This document shows, in pieces, positions 51,101-62,071 of a DNA stretch of 64,000 nt. The position numbers and the translations under genes are program-made. Below the pieces are notes generated by a model. That model was not told where the DNA came from, did no database searches, and saw only the letters and a list, made by a program, of their open reading frames with translations. Where the stretch lies: contig JASANG010003582.1 in the NCBI GenBank assembly GCA_030248215.1, forward strand, positions 248,001 to 312,000. The letters run 5' to 3'. Position 1 is the stretch's first letter. Each line of letters begins with the position of its first letter. This DNA comes from Enoplolaimus lenunculus (taxonomy: Eukaryota).

Positions 51101-54100
51101 CGAAGCTTTAATTACGCACGCATACGTAAGCTTATATATATATTTTTAAACCGAATTCCACTATACACAAAGTGTGAACGAATGGTAAAAATATCGGAAA
51201 CGTAAAAGCGGGTACAAACAAAATTTTTAAAACAGCCAAGGAATGCAGTTTCAAATAATGTGTTCAATTTAGCGCAATTATACAGCTGTAATATAGCACA
51301 AACGTTCACTGTGTATTTCTAAATTTTGCAAAGAAACTCAAAGAATTCATTTGATGAAGCTTGAGAAGTATGAGTTTAATAATTATGGTATTCAATTTTT
51401 CATATTTTCAAATACCTAATTTGGCGCGTCCCAAATTGCCGGAAGCGCCGTGCAAAATCAGTTATTTGACCATTAGCCAATCGATTGATTGTGAACAGCG
51501 TTTGGAGGAGTTTATAAGAAGCTCAAATATACAAAAAAGTCTGAAATCCGACCATTTGAAGCGAACGCTGGCTAATGGAGATAACGAAAAAGGCCATTGC
51601 CTTAAAACTTGCTTAAATCCTTATTTTCGGAGCGGCTTCCCCCAACCAAATCAAGGGAAATCGGGCTCGGCAAACCTTGAATACTCTGCGGAAAACCTGG
51701 ATTCGCCACGGCGATAAGTGGCCTCCACCCTGTCATTTGGATCGAGCTCTCCTCTGACGCTGCTGTCCGTCGACAGGTAACGCCCGCCGGAGGGCCCCAC
51801 CATCAACCGTGACGCGGCACCGGATGACCTTAACATTATTATAAACCATAGCCTCATCCATATTGTTTGTACAGGAAATTTTTGACGTCGATCAAAGCAG
51901 TGAAAGAGACGCCTACAAACATATTGCCTGCGATTCAGATACAGAAACAAGTAAATAATATATCAATTTACGCAATATTTGGCATTCGTTGCTGTACTCA
52001 AAATGTTTTAAATTCTTTCCAATCATGAATTCCGTATAGAGACTGTTTGAAAATTGATACACAACTGCGTGAGACTTTGAAACTCATCGCTAAAACACCG
52101 ATGGTCAGCAGTTAACGTATTTCGTAATGGTCAAAAAATTTCCCTATCCGCATCTAAAACACTTGTCAATTAAATAAGGTTTACAAATGGTTGAAAATTA
52201 TTAACCGTTAACCCTTTAACTTATAGAGTATACTATGAGCAACTAAATACAAGTAATATATGAGCAACACAGACACTGTGAGCATAGTGTTTAACACTGC
52301 TAACATATACGTGCAGTGCAAAATCTATAAGACGTGAGAGCCCCCTCGGGCTCGAGCGTCAAGCTCCTATAGCTGAGTGGTCATCGTGAACGCCATCCAC
52401 CCGAGAGACTGGGGATCGAATGTTACCATGAAAGTGTATCTCATATGAAATTGAAAATATTCATGTGAGAAAGGGTTAATTATTGATAAGTTGATTGAAA
52501 ATGCACACGGCTACAGTAACCTAACCAGTTAAAGCAATACCAGTAGTAGGATTTTGAATATTTTAGGTTCAAAGCCGGTGGAAGACAAGTCGTTACTCGT
52601 CAGCGAACAACTTTCTGATTCGTCGTAAGATGTTATTATTTGTTGTCGTTTACAAGTTAATTTTTTATTGACACGCGCTGACTTTAAAATTGTGTTCGTC
52701 TGACCTCAACCTTAACTGTAACTCCTGGTTTACTGGACCCTGACCAATTAAACATCTTGGCTCCGCGCGTTGTAATAGTGTTTTTACTTATTGATGGTCG
52801 ATTTATACCCCCATTTAGAAAATCCTATATCCTCGCCTGTGTTGTTGCCATTTGCAAACTTCGTTGTTAGGTTAACAGCTAAAACTCTACACTCAAAATA
52901 TTTCTGATATTTAAGAAAAAATTCTTAAATTTAAGAAATATAATTAGCAAGGTGCACTGGAAAAATATTTGTTTTATAACAGAAAAATTTTCAGAAAAGT
53001 TTTGAAATAGTCTGAAAATAACCGTTTTCCAGCTATTTTTAGAAAAATTGTCTTAAGTATCAGAAAAGCGTTTCAGATTTGACACAGAAAATACTTTTCT
53101 AAATAAATTCAGAAATACTTTTTTGCGTGTAGAATCCAAGTCTATATTCTCAAATGTGTGTATCACCTATCACCAGTTGGTTTTACGTCTTGTAGCTTTA
53201 GAATTAATGGATGAAGGCATTCGAAATAAAACACGTTGTTTAGATTCTATTTGTCCTACTTCAGTGCAAATTCTGATGTTCGTAATTATAGCAGTATGTG
53301 AATTTGAAAACGTCTCACTAACTGGTGATAAGTGCTATACACACTTGAGAATATGGTTGCAAATGTGACACTTAATGTTTATCGTAACATCTGAAAGGTT
53401 GTAAACAAACCTATCGCTGAATACTTGGCTGTTGACTTGCACCAGAAGTTGCGGTATTAGTAAATCACAGTTTTTGTATAGTAATTTACGTGTTATAGAC
53501 CGACCCTTATGCCACGTCGGGATAAGAATCTACGGCTTGCAAATAAACCAGATTTGCTAAAATATGGACCGGTAAGTAGCTAAAGCTAAAGTATAATTGC
53601 ATTTAAAGCGGGCCGGCAGCCAAGCGGAGCCAAGGGGGCTCAGCCTTCAGGGAAAAATGTTGGCCCCCTAGAGTATGTTCAGCCTTGTTTGTAACTTATT
53701 GAAAACCTTTGACTGACCCTCCTGAAAACTTTTTAGCCGCTCCCCCAGCAAGGCAAAGCTGGTTACGGGCCGGATTTAAAGGGTCTCTTTGAAAATTAAC
53801 GTAAACACGGACTAGGTAGTTATTATACCGGAATACGAGATCACAACAATGCTAAACTACAAAACAAAGAACACAGCTAAGTTTGTTATCCCGGCAAGTT
53901 CTTTTACATTTCCCCCCGAAATTAACATGAAATTAATTGTTAAACTTTTTTAAATTCTCAGTTTCATTCTCAGCAGTCAAATCTTTAAAATTTAAAATCG
54001 AAAAAATTTAGATAAGTTCTGCGAATAAAGTAGATATAAGTTCAACACAAACTGTGTAATCAAATTATCTGACGTTTTAGAGTTACGTCTCCACGTTACT

Positions 54101-55876
54101 TTCAAAAATGTTTTTACTATCCAGCTAATTTATATATTAAAGCTAAAACACCCCACATACGTATTTTTGGCAACTTTCCAGCATTTACTTTGTTTACAAT
54201 AATTTCTTAAGAAATACACGTGATTGTTGTATTACAAGAAAATTTGCAAAGAAATTTTTGTGCTTTCGCTAATTTTTGCGCATTGCGCAAAGCTGGCACA
54301 CCAGTATTAGCTATAGGTGTTTTGTTTGAAGTGCTTTGGCAAGTTGTACAAACAAAGGTGTTTAGTGGAAATGTGAGCATTAGACTTAAAGCTTGGACGT
54401 ATGCCCGATTGTTTAGATTTAAAGTTTGGGTTGAGTTACAAGCGCTCATAACTGTCAAATATACTGAACGGTGAGGTTAACCAGATAATATTCAACAGAT
54501 GAGTAATTCATCAACTCATTTTTCAGGATCACTCAGACGACGATTCTCCAAGATCAAGTCGTAGTGAAGAATTTAACTATTCTGGTAAAACTGGCAAAAA
54601 AATATATTAAATATGAAAACGAAATTTAATCAATCGATGATGTAATGAATTTCGTAATTTCTGGCAAAGTTTGCCCTTTGTACAGCAGGGTACAACCGGA
54701 TATGTGGTTCAGGCAAATAATTGCCATCCGGTTTCGATTTTCCTTATTGCCGGATATTTATCACGTAATGGTACAACATATGTTAAACTATATGACCAAA
54801 ACCACAATATAGTTTGATGTGAATTTTGTTCGAAATGGCAAAAGGTATCCGGTTGCGCTCTGTTGTACAGTGCAAAGCTTTTCGTAGTCAGACAGTGTAT
54901 ATTTCAAACGCCATTAATTGCGCACATCAGAAGACATGCACAGAACAGGGCCCGAACACAGTCTGCAAGCTTAACGATGTCCCTATGCCAAATTTCATCA
55001 TTCGCTTCAATCTGTATACTTCGCCTTGTAAGTATTTAACACAGTCAATTAGTATAAGCATATTTCTTACCCTAAGCCTAGTCCTAACCTTATCGTTAGA
55101 ATGAGCTTAAGCCTATGCATGGCAATTAGACTAAAATTGAAACTTACTCTCTCTCTGAAGCTTTTTCGGCCCATGTCATATTCTGCATACAGGAAGTAAA
55201 CTGATAAACCGAAAACATGAACAGTGACCAAAATACCGGAACCAGAAAGCGGATACACACGCTGATTTTTGCCGCATCTTGGCACGGATATCCGGTTATA
55301 CGTTGGTTTACACAAAATCGTTTTATAGACGAAGACGAACCGATGAGTTGTTCGATGACCGAATTTCGTGGAGTCGCAACGTCATCACCGCGGTGTTCAT
55401 CCACACACGAGCAAAATATGGCATCGGTGACGCTAAGAAGGAAACAGTTTTGCAATCAACACTCTCATCGCATTGTTGCCGCTGTCAGTAGTAACGAACT
55501 CAGCGATCAAAATACACCACCACCACGATCAAGTGGCATGTCTTTCAGCAAGGAACGAGACGGAACAACGTCGAACGATGAAATAAAACCGGGACGAAAA
55601 ATATCCGGTGATGAAATCAAATCATGTGGAAATGTTGTATTTCGAATAGGAATCGCTGATCAAACACCGACGGTCACTAAACGAAGACTATCGAAACAAA
55701 CTGGAGTTGTAACTGCGATGTTGTTGCGCAACACATCAAGTGTTGATAGCGACGACAAAAGCGACACGACGACTCAATATTCAAGCAATCGTAGTACAGT
55801 TGTCGATCGAAATAGTGTGGTTGATAATAAGACAACAATAACACTGGATGACGATAGTCAGAATGAAACGTGTTAA
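30759..55876 (+). CDS. F-BAR + C1 + RhoGAP protein, ARHGAP29(PARG1)/ARHGAP45(HMHA1)/GMIP family, SPV-1-like; ~1048 aa in 23 coding exons
   Basis: Exons: 30759-30783 (tentative start), 32180-32341, 33135-33199, 34164-34274, 35516-35596, 36208-36411, 39379-39456, 40653-40769, 41484-41590, 42644-42708, 43577-43882, 44994-45136, 46729-47091, 47777-47911, 48510-48566, 49550-49692, 50064-50144, 51035-51125, 51875-51950, 52567-52624, 53499-53571, 54527-54584, 55329-55876. Phases are all compatible (3147 nt). F-BAR: EIDRILMESPIGVDYGLQRAKLWSKYCGELINYVQRRTQLE. C1: HHLQKIHVPTKCAQC…CVKCSLSWHKVC…C. RhoGAP: FGVPL, GLYRVCG (arginine finger), LKLYFRQLPEPLLTF, NQMNSCNLGIVFGPNLL. First exon and low-complexity tail exons are less certain. 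Confidence 0.9.
32180..41590 (+). CDS. F-BAR domain-encoding exons (2-9) of the RhoGAP gene
   Basis: Spliced peptide includes PMEAWRAQHDRMRKELKMFW, EDAQNELRKSKACY, LDKLRRLEDEALQR, AQVIEECRDLIFQAEKT and DSARSYNAGSEY. Order and spacing match the ARHGAP45/29 F-BAR as recalled. Confidence 0.85.
33711..33920 (-). mobile_element. Merlin-like TTAGGC MITE in a RhoGAP intron
   Basis: Perfect 8-bp TSD GTTTTAGT, TIRs, TTAGGC runs. Confidence 0.85.
34560..34855. repeat. Degenerate ~17-bp minisatellite (GGTTTCACCCCAAC)
   Basis: Repeated GTTTCACCC/GTTTCACTCCAAC motifs. Confidence 0.75.
35848..36191. repeat. (AAT/GAT)n microsatellite immediately upstream of a RhoGAP exon acceptor
   Basis: Direct reading. 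Confidence 0.97.
36449..38417. repeat. Intronic satellite, ~15.7 tandem units of 125/126 bp, each containing a 34-bp-arm inverted repeat
   Basis: Unit TCAATTAACGTTTTTCCGTACAACTAAGGGAGCGAACTTCAATTGATACCATGAGGGTT(GCACTTTG/ACAGTTTAG)GTAGAAACATTTGCTTCAGACGTTTTTTACTTCTACCTAAACTGCAACCATCATGGTA. Successive CGAACTTC at 36481, 36607, 36732, 36858. Confidence 0.97.
38408..38960 (-). repeat. Two diverged tandem copies of a segment containing a tRNA-like (SINE-head-like) sequence
   Basis: Minus strand 38514-38455 reads GGCTCCGTGACGCAGTAGTAGAGCGTTTGCCTCGGTATCCTAATGTCAAGTTCAATCCCC (A-box-like and B-box-like). The segment CTTCAGA…CAGCTGGAAAA…TTAGGATACCGAGGCAA…GCTAGCAC…TGCACCA recurs at ~38770-38950. Confidence 0.55.
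38981..39206. mobile_element. Foldback TA-flanked MITE (~110-bp arms)
   Basis: TACATTGCAAAAAAACGGTGAGTCAAAT… is reverse-complementary to …ATTTGACTCACCATTTTTTGCAGTGTA over nearly its whole length. Confidence 0.85.
39488..39906 (-). mobile_element. Merlin-like TTAGGC MITE with its left end tandemly amplified (~72-bp unit x4)
   Basis: Perfect TSD AATTGTTT. CCCATGTTACATTAAGGGGCGTCCAGG…TCTAGATTTCG repeated over 39488-39770. Confidence 0.88.
42211..42492. mobile_element. MITE with TIR GCCCTATTCACACGT (PIF/Harbinger-like)
   Basis: TTAAGCCCTATTCACACGTGCAA … TTGTACGTGTGAATAGGGCTTAA. Confidence 0.75.
44371..44633 (+). mobile_element. piggyBac-type MITE (TTAA-flanked, CCC…GGG ends) with internal tRNA-like A/B boxes
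   Basis: TTAA|CCCCTTCTCACAT … ATGTGAGAAAGGG|TTAA. Internal GCTCCTATAGCTGAGTGGT … GGAGTTCGAATCC. Confidence 0.9.
44994..51125 (+). CDS. C1 zinc-finger and RhoGAP domain exons (12-18) of the RhoGAP gene
   Basis: All eight C1 His/Cys ligands are present across exons 44994-45136 and 46729-. RhoGAP motifs VPYIVRACIAEL, GLYRVCG, LPEPLLTFDLY, YETLKMLILHLKR and NLGIVFGPNLL are present. Confidence 0.93.
45833..46219. mobile_element. TA-flanked MITE (TACTGTAGTGACCCGAATAAGAGG TIR)
   Basis: TIR at both ends. Related rearranged copies at 15067-15676 and a partial copy from 9632. Confidence 0.8.
50194..50876. mobile_element. MITE with TIR ATGCGGCGTTCACGTTATAACTGGG
   Basis: Inverted ends and ATATCATATGA subrepeats; same family as 11229-12005. 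Confidence 0.75.
52212..52475 (+). mobile_element. Older, diverged copy of the TTAA piggyBac-type MITE
   Basis: TTAA on both sides. Conserved core AAGACGTGAGAGCCCCCTCGGGCTCGAGCGTCAAGCTCCTATAGCTGAGTGGT and right TIR. Confidence 0.85.
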
Positions 55877-55992
55877 TTTTTCAGGGCAAACTGTATTGTT
55901 TATCGGGGTCGTAATTAATTACAAGGGCAAATTTGGGATTAATTATTATTTGGAAAACTATAGTCGATAATGGTCGAGATCAGTAAGCCGAA

Positions 55993-56265
55993 TATCAAAC
56001 AAACTACGGCTACTAAAACGAAGAATATCAAAACAAACTGGAATTGTAACTGCGATGTTGTTCCGCAGCTCACCAAGTGTTAATAGTGGAGACAAAAGCG
56101 ACACGCCGACTCAGTATTGCAGCAGATGGAAACCGTTTGGAGGAAATAGAATAACAATGTCGTTGGATGATGACGGTCAGGATGGAACGTATTTATTTTG
56201 GGGGGTAAATTGTTTTGTTTATGGGGCTGTACTTGTAATACAACAAAAAATCTGGGATTAACTAT
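55993..56265 (+). pseudogene. Tandem degenerate duplicate of the RhoGAP C-terminal coding end and proximal 3' UTR
   Basis: AAACAAACTGGAATTGTAACTGCGATGTTGTT…GACAAAAGCGACACG…GGATGATGACGGTCAGGATG…TGGGATTAA repeats 55658-55945. The peptide DKSDTPTQY…ITMSLDDDGQDGT mirrors DKSDTTTQY…TITLDDDSQNET. Confidence 0.8.
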
Positions 56266-57041
56266 TACGCATTTGTCTTGCGACTACGAAAACTTTTCTG
56301 GCTCACATTGTATCATCATGTAGTATATACTTGGACTGCACAAACGTATCACTGTTTAGTATATATGGACGGGTGGATTACAGGGAATATATCTCCTCCC
56401 GAAACATCTATATTGACAAGGAAAAAGGTCTGTTAACAGGGTGTAGAATAACCGTCTATACAGGCCCATAGCCAGCCCACCTTGCTAGGGGGGCCCCATA
56501 AATTTTTCAGGAGGAGCATTTAAAGGATTTCAATGGCTTACAAGCAAGGTTGAAAATTTCTAGGGAAGCCAAAGTTTTAAAGGGGGGGGGTGGCTGAGCC
56601 CCCCTGGCCCCCCTTGGCTACGAACCCGCGTCTATAGGTCCTGGAGATCCAAGAAGTTTCAGATGAGGTCATCTGTTTCCGAAATGAAATAACGGCTACG
56701 CCCATGACGACTTCTATGCTGTAAAAATGTTCGTTTATAGTCAGACCCGCATTCATGTTTGCGAAACATTTTTCAGAAGGAAGATACAAGAGTTTTCGAT
56801 GACATACAAGCAACGTTGCAAATTTTTTAGGTGGGTAGAGTTGTTCCACGAGGGGATGATCACCCCTTGCCCCTTGGTTTACAGGCCCATGCATAGTAGT
56901 ATTCCGTACAATCAAGTTAGTGTGAAGTATACACCAACATGATTTTAGTATATTGAAAACAAGAGCAGATGATACTTTTCAGCTGGAAACAATATGCAAA
57001 CAGGGATTTTTCGCCGTGGCGTCGTATAGCATGGGAGATAG

Positions 57042-57238
57042 GGCCAATGTAGAGAACACGGCCGGAACAGTAGTATAAGCAGATTCCTAAACCTAAGCTT
57101 AAGCCTAAGCCTAAGTCTAAGAATAAGGTTGAGCCTATTCCTAAGCCTAAGCGTGAACAAAAAAGTTAGTCTAAAGCTTAAACTGACTCTATTACAGCCC
57201 CGATGGAACACCATCCGGCCCTGTTCTATACATGGGCC
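57042..57238 (+). mobile_element. Merlin-like TTAGGC MITE
   Basis: Perfect 8-bp TSD GGAGATAG; GG-terminal TIRs. Confidence 0.88.
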
Positions 57239-57549
57239 GGAGATAGGAAGATATATTCCCTAAAGTTCCTCGCACGACTTGCAAAACGAACTTTCGCAGT
57301 ATGTAGAACATTAAACGTAGAAAAACTGTTTTCGCTTACTTCGCTCGCTCGTAAAACAATTTTTTAGTGTAAATTATCCCATTCCGAAATAAAATACTGA
57401 CTACGCCCCGGATTTTCCGTCCTAAATAAAGAGTACACCCGGCGCGTGGTGTGTTTTCTCCCTACCCCTATAATTTATGGGGATACTGCAATTTGGCAAT
57501 CGTAGCTTTTAGCGATTGAATGCCTTATTTGGAGACATACTACTCCACC

Positions 57550-57765
57550 GGCCCATGTATAGAACAGGGCCAGTACAGTAGTATAAGCATATTCCTAAGC
57601 CTAAGCCTACTTAAGCCTAAAGCCTAAGCGTATGGATGAGCATATTCCTATTCCTAAGCCTAAGCCTAAGCCTAAGCCTAAGCAAAAAAATTAGTCTAAA
57701 GGTTAAACTGACTCTATTATAACCCCTCAGGAAAACGATCCGGCCTTGTTCTATATACATGGGCC
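57550..57765 (+). mobile_element. Merlin-like TTAGGC MITE
   Basis: TIR GGCCCATGTATAGAACAGGGCC and CCTAAG runs. Confidence 0.85.
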
Positions 57766-58432
57766 GCTCCATCTATATATATTTTCTATTAATCTTCATG
57801 TTTTTATGAGTTTCAGTATCATCAACCCACCCACACAGAAATGGTTTGACGTCAGCCAGAAATGCAACACGTGCTGGTGAATTCCGTAAATTGTATACAT
57901 ACATTTATCCAGAGTCATCAGCCATAGTGAAAGCAAGAGTTATGATACCTTCGCTGTGAATAACACCTAGTGCGTAGTAGAATGATTCCTATACAAAAAT
58001 ACGCCTACAAAGACCCTAAACTAAAGTTCTGTTTCACAGTCAATGACAACGTTTAGCTTTTCGCTAGCTATATTTTCTTTAAATCATGCTCACATGGCGA
58101 ACAATTCAGCCTGATCCAGCTTCCCAGCTCGCCAGAAGTTTGGAGGACCAGAGAACTGTGAAATTGGTCTCGGAGCCATGAACGAGAGCTTAGCAAACCT
58201 CATATATTCCACCAAAAAATTTCAGATGGGTCCGTGCTAAAGGGTTAAGTTTACTTTTAGGTGGAATGAAAATCCAACGCACGGATGCAGAACGTGGCAC
58301 CCGAATCCAAATTTCTCGGTACGCCACTGTACTGTGACAATTATTATATTTTTATGCGTTAATGTTTGACATATCACGCGGTCACTATTTTACTAATAAA
58401 GTTTTTACACATGTGTATATGCAAATAATTGG

Positions 58433-58647
58433 GGTCCGTGTAAAGAACAGCGCCGGAACAATAGTATAAGCATATTTCTAAGCCTAAGCCTAAGCCTAAG
58501 CCTAAGCCTAAGCCTAAGCGTATGGATGAGCCTATTCCTAAGCCTAAGCCTAAGCCTAAGCTTAAGCAAAAAAATTAGTCTAAAGCTTAAACTGACTCTA
58601 TTATAGTCCCTCCGGAAAACGATCCGGCCCTGTTCTATACTTGGGCC
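58433..58647 (+). mobile_element. Merlin-like TTAGGC MITE
   Basis: TIRs and long CCTAAG runs. Further related copies lie near 20966, 25330, 27040, 32630, 41723, 45189, 48240, 54930 and 60946. Confidence 0.85.
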
Positions 58648-59274
58648 ATAATGTGTATTTCAAGATTAAAATCAGGTGCCTCTGTATAAACAAAATGGCG
58701 AAGGGAAAATGCGTAGCTTCAAAATTTTTTTGAAGAAACCAGCGTATCCTTGGCTCAGGCAAAGGGAGACTTGGGCATAAGCAAGCATTATGCTAAAACC
58801 TAAGTCTGTAGTGCAGTGTACAAGAGCCGAAGTCTAAGGACGTAGCCATTAGTGATGGGCATCGGATATTTTTTCACATCCGGATATCCGGTAATTCTTG
58901 CTGGATATTTATCAGGGTATCCAGATACTTATTTCATTTCGGATACAAATCCGGATATTTTTCATATCCGAATATCCGGTGCCAGGTTGCAACCAGAATT
59001 CAGGTTCCGGTAGGGAAGTCCGTTATTTTAAGCTATCCGGTTCCGGTAAAAAATCCGGTATTTTTTCACCGGAATTTGCCGGAATTTGCCGGTAGAGGTC
59101 AACGAAATTTGCCAGAGCCGGAGGTGAGGCGAAACTAGGTGATAAAAATGATGGTTAATTAGTTAATTTTAGCCAATATCTGCAATATGTTGCCAAGTTT
59201 TTTGGTTTTACACTAATCGTCTGTGAAATTTTGGAAATTGTTTAAAGATAGTAAATTGAAAATTTTTCGCTTAA

Positions 59275-59535
59275 CCTTTTCTCACATGAATATTTTCTAT
59301 TTCCCCTGAGACCTGCTTATGCTAGGATTCGAACTCCAGTGACTGGAGTGGGAGGCGTATACCATCACCACTCAACTATAGGAGCTTGACGCTAGAGCCC
59401 GAGGGGGCTCTCACGTCTTGTGGTGATTTAGTACTATGTATACGTGTTGCAATTGTTAAACACGGCGCGATATATACTATTTTACGTATATACACTGCGC
59501 TGAGTTGCCTACAGACAACTCAATGTGAGAAGGGG
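59275..59535 (-). mobile_element. Copy of the TTAA piggyBac-type MITE, nested inside another MITE
   Basis: TTAA flanks at 59271-59274 and 59536-59539. Interrupts a CCGGAG-rich hAT-like element. Confidence 0.9.
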
Positions 59536-59978
59536 TTAATGAAAATTGTGATAAAAGTAAAACAAAACGCGCTAAACAGATAAACTTGGCAAATTTATGC
59601 AAAATTTTACTACCGAAATTGCCGGAACCTCCGGCAAAAATTCTACCGGAGCCGAGGCTCGAGCCGGTGGCCGATTTTCTGCCGGAGCCGGAGGCAGACC
59701 TCCGATTGTACCCTGATGAGCGTGTATTGCCAAAATTTTCAATTTGTATCATACGTTTCCAGCTACTGCATGTTTCAGGACTTTGACATCCTTATTAATG
59801 GTGTGTTTGTTAAACGAGATAAAATAGCACTAACAATGAATTTTTCGGCAACAAGAATTTTTTGTTATCCGGTTCCAGTATTTTATAATTCCCGTTGCAT
59901 CCTGTCCTGCGCCCATTTATAGCATCCATGGGTTTTTCTGGTGTCAACCCCTTTTGCGATTTCTGTAAAGGTTTTTAA

Positions 59979-60235
59979 CCCTTTCTAACATGAATATTTT
60001 CTAATTCCCCTGAGACCTACTTTAATGCTCGAACTCCAGTGACTGGAGTAGGAGGCGTATACCATCACCACTCAGCTATAGGAGCTTGACGCTCGAGCCC
60101 GAGGGGGCTCTCACGTCTTGTGGTGATTTAGTACTATGTATACGTGTTGCAATTGTTAAACACGGTGCGATATATACTATTTAACGTATATACACTGCGC
60201 TGAGTTGCCTACAGGCAACTCAATGTGAGAAGGGG
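59979..60235 (-). mobile_element. Copy of the TTAA piggyBac-type MITE
   Basis: TTAA flanks at 59975-59978 and 60236-60239. Near-identical to 59275-59535. Confidence 0.9.
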
Positions 60236-61407
60236 TTAAACTCGGCTTTTGTTTAGAATTAAGTAACTACCCTCCGAAATTTCTATAGAAACAAAATTAT
60301 CTCCCCAAAGTCCTTTGCTACGCCATGATCGCAATATTTAAGGAAATTGCGCTCAAGAATTCATGGTACAATATCCAACCAAGAGGTCACGAACTGCTCC
60401 GATTTATTTCGGCTTGTGAGCTTAATCTCTGGACCGAAACGGTCTGCGGACCCAAAATTTGAACCCGGACCTGTGGGCCTTAACCTGGGCCGGTTCCAAC
60501 CCTGGTTCACACCATTATACATAATATGGTTGTGATTTGCCCCATACATACCTGCTTACAAATTAGTCGTTGCAAAAATAAAATTTACTCCCAGTTACAA
60601 ACTTGTACAAATAATAGTTGTAGCACGGCTGTACGTACTTCCGAAATATGAATGCACGCTTCTGCGATGCGTCAAGTGTGCGGCTCGAGCCAAACGAAAT
60701 GAGGCGAGTGCGTGCCCGAGAGCACCACAATCTTGCTGTGCAAGTGCATAAATAACGAGTGTACGCACAAGTGTGGAACGAGTGCGATAGCACGAGCTCT
60801 GCACGAGTGCGCTGTGCGAGTTAGTAACCTGCATATTACGAGAGCGATGTCCGAGTACACCGCACGCTTGAAACAAGCTAGTTTGAAATTTCAACATTGT
60901 AATATTGAAATAAATTCCAATTAGAATATGTTAAATTGTATCATGACCCATGTTACTTTTAGCGCCGTCCCGGTTTTTAGTTAGACTGTAAACGAGTATG
61001 CTTAGATTTAGACTACATTTTTTGCTTAGATTTAGGTATAACTGTCGTATCCCAAGGCGTAATTCAGCCAAATTCCGAATTGGGCTATTCCACGGCGTAT
61101 ATTTGTGCTTACAATTTCAAATGAATGAAAACCAATCAGGCATCTGGTAAATCTGAGTTGTCAAAATGATAGCGCGTCATTGTACAAGGCAAGTTACCAA
61201 CGACAAAACAGAGCGACGTACAGAAAACAATAATTACAAGATTATTAAAATTATTAATACATTATGATTGTTGTAGAATGTTAAGCAAATGCCTCTAATT
61301 AAACTTTGTACGTTTTAGTCACCAAAACCAAAGTATGGTAATGTAAATTTGGTTGGGTCGCGTATTCTAGGAACCGAAAACAAAGTTACAACTGCAGATA
61401 CCGGTAC

Positions 61408-61844
61408 CAGGGATGTGCCGATTAATCGGCATCGGCATCGATAATAATCGGCACTTTTCATGAGTATCGGCATCGGCATCGGCACTCCAAAAACACTGCC
61501 GATTCTTTGCTGATACTTTTTGCACATAACAGTCAGTTAGATTGTTATCAATTTCATTTCTGGGCGCATATCAGTGTGTCAGGTCAGGAAAACCGTTATC
61601 TCGTTTGCGTTTGTGTTTGAAAAAATTCGCTGAAACGAACCGTTCTTATAAAATTGTAATCGTTTATGATGGTATGGGTTTAAATCTCCACATAATGATG
61701 TAATGTAGTACCCTATCTGTTAATTAAACGTGGTGTAGTAAAGTTGGAATCGGCATCGGCATCGGTTCGGCATCGGTTCGACATCGGTAAAATTTCAAAA
61801 TACGAATCGGCATCGGCAAAAATTTTGGTATCGGCACATCCCTA
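61408..61844. mobile_element. hAT-like MITE with ATCGGC subterminal repeats
   Basis: TIR CAGGGATGTGCCGAT … ATCGGCACATCCCTA. Imperfect 8-bp TSD ACCGGTAC/AACGGTAT. Confidence 0.8.
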
Positions 61845-62071
61845 AACGGTATTAACTATTATCACTGCATTGAGGCGTAACCATGATTTGGCAAATCCAA
61901 TTTTATATTCTGTAAAACATTCGACAAAAAAATTCTTGTGTTACCAACTGAAAAAGCTCCTAAAAATCCTGCATAAAGATAATAAAGGAGTGGTTTAATC
62001 CATAAACCACACGGATACGCCAAACCCAACCCGTAAGTCTTTCTCTATCGTTGCTTTCCGGGATAAACTCA

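Noticed and set aside
51361..51717. 118-aa intronic ORF as an extra RhoGAP exon
   Set aside because: No convincing splice sites or motifs. The flanking exons join in frame without it, and it is probably part of a repeat.
55217..55328. N-terminal part of the 219-aa ORF as a standalone gene start
   Set aside because: It overlaps MITE remnants. A phase-compatible acceptor TTTTATAG at 55328 makes 55329-55876 the last RhoGAP exon.
58478..58566. True telomere or chromosome-fusion scar
   Set aside because: TTAGGC runs are short and always enclosed by the same TIRs and TSDs.
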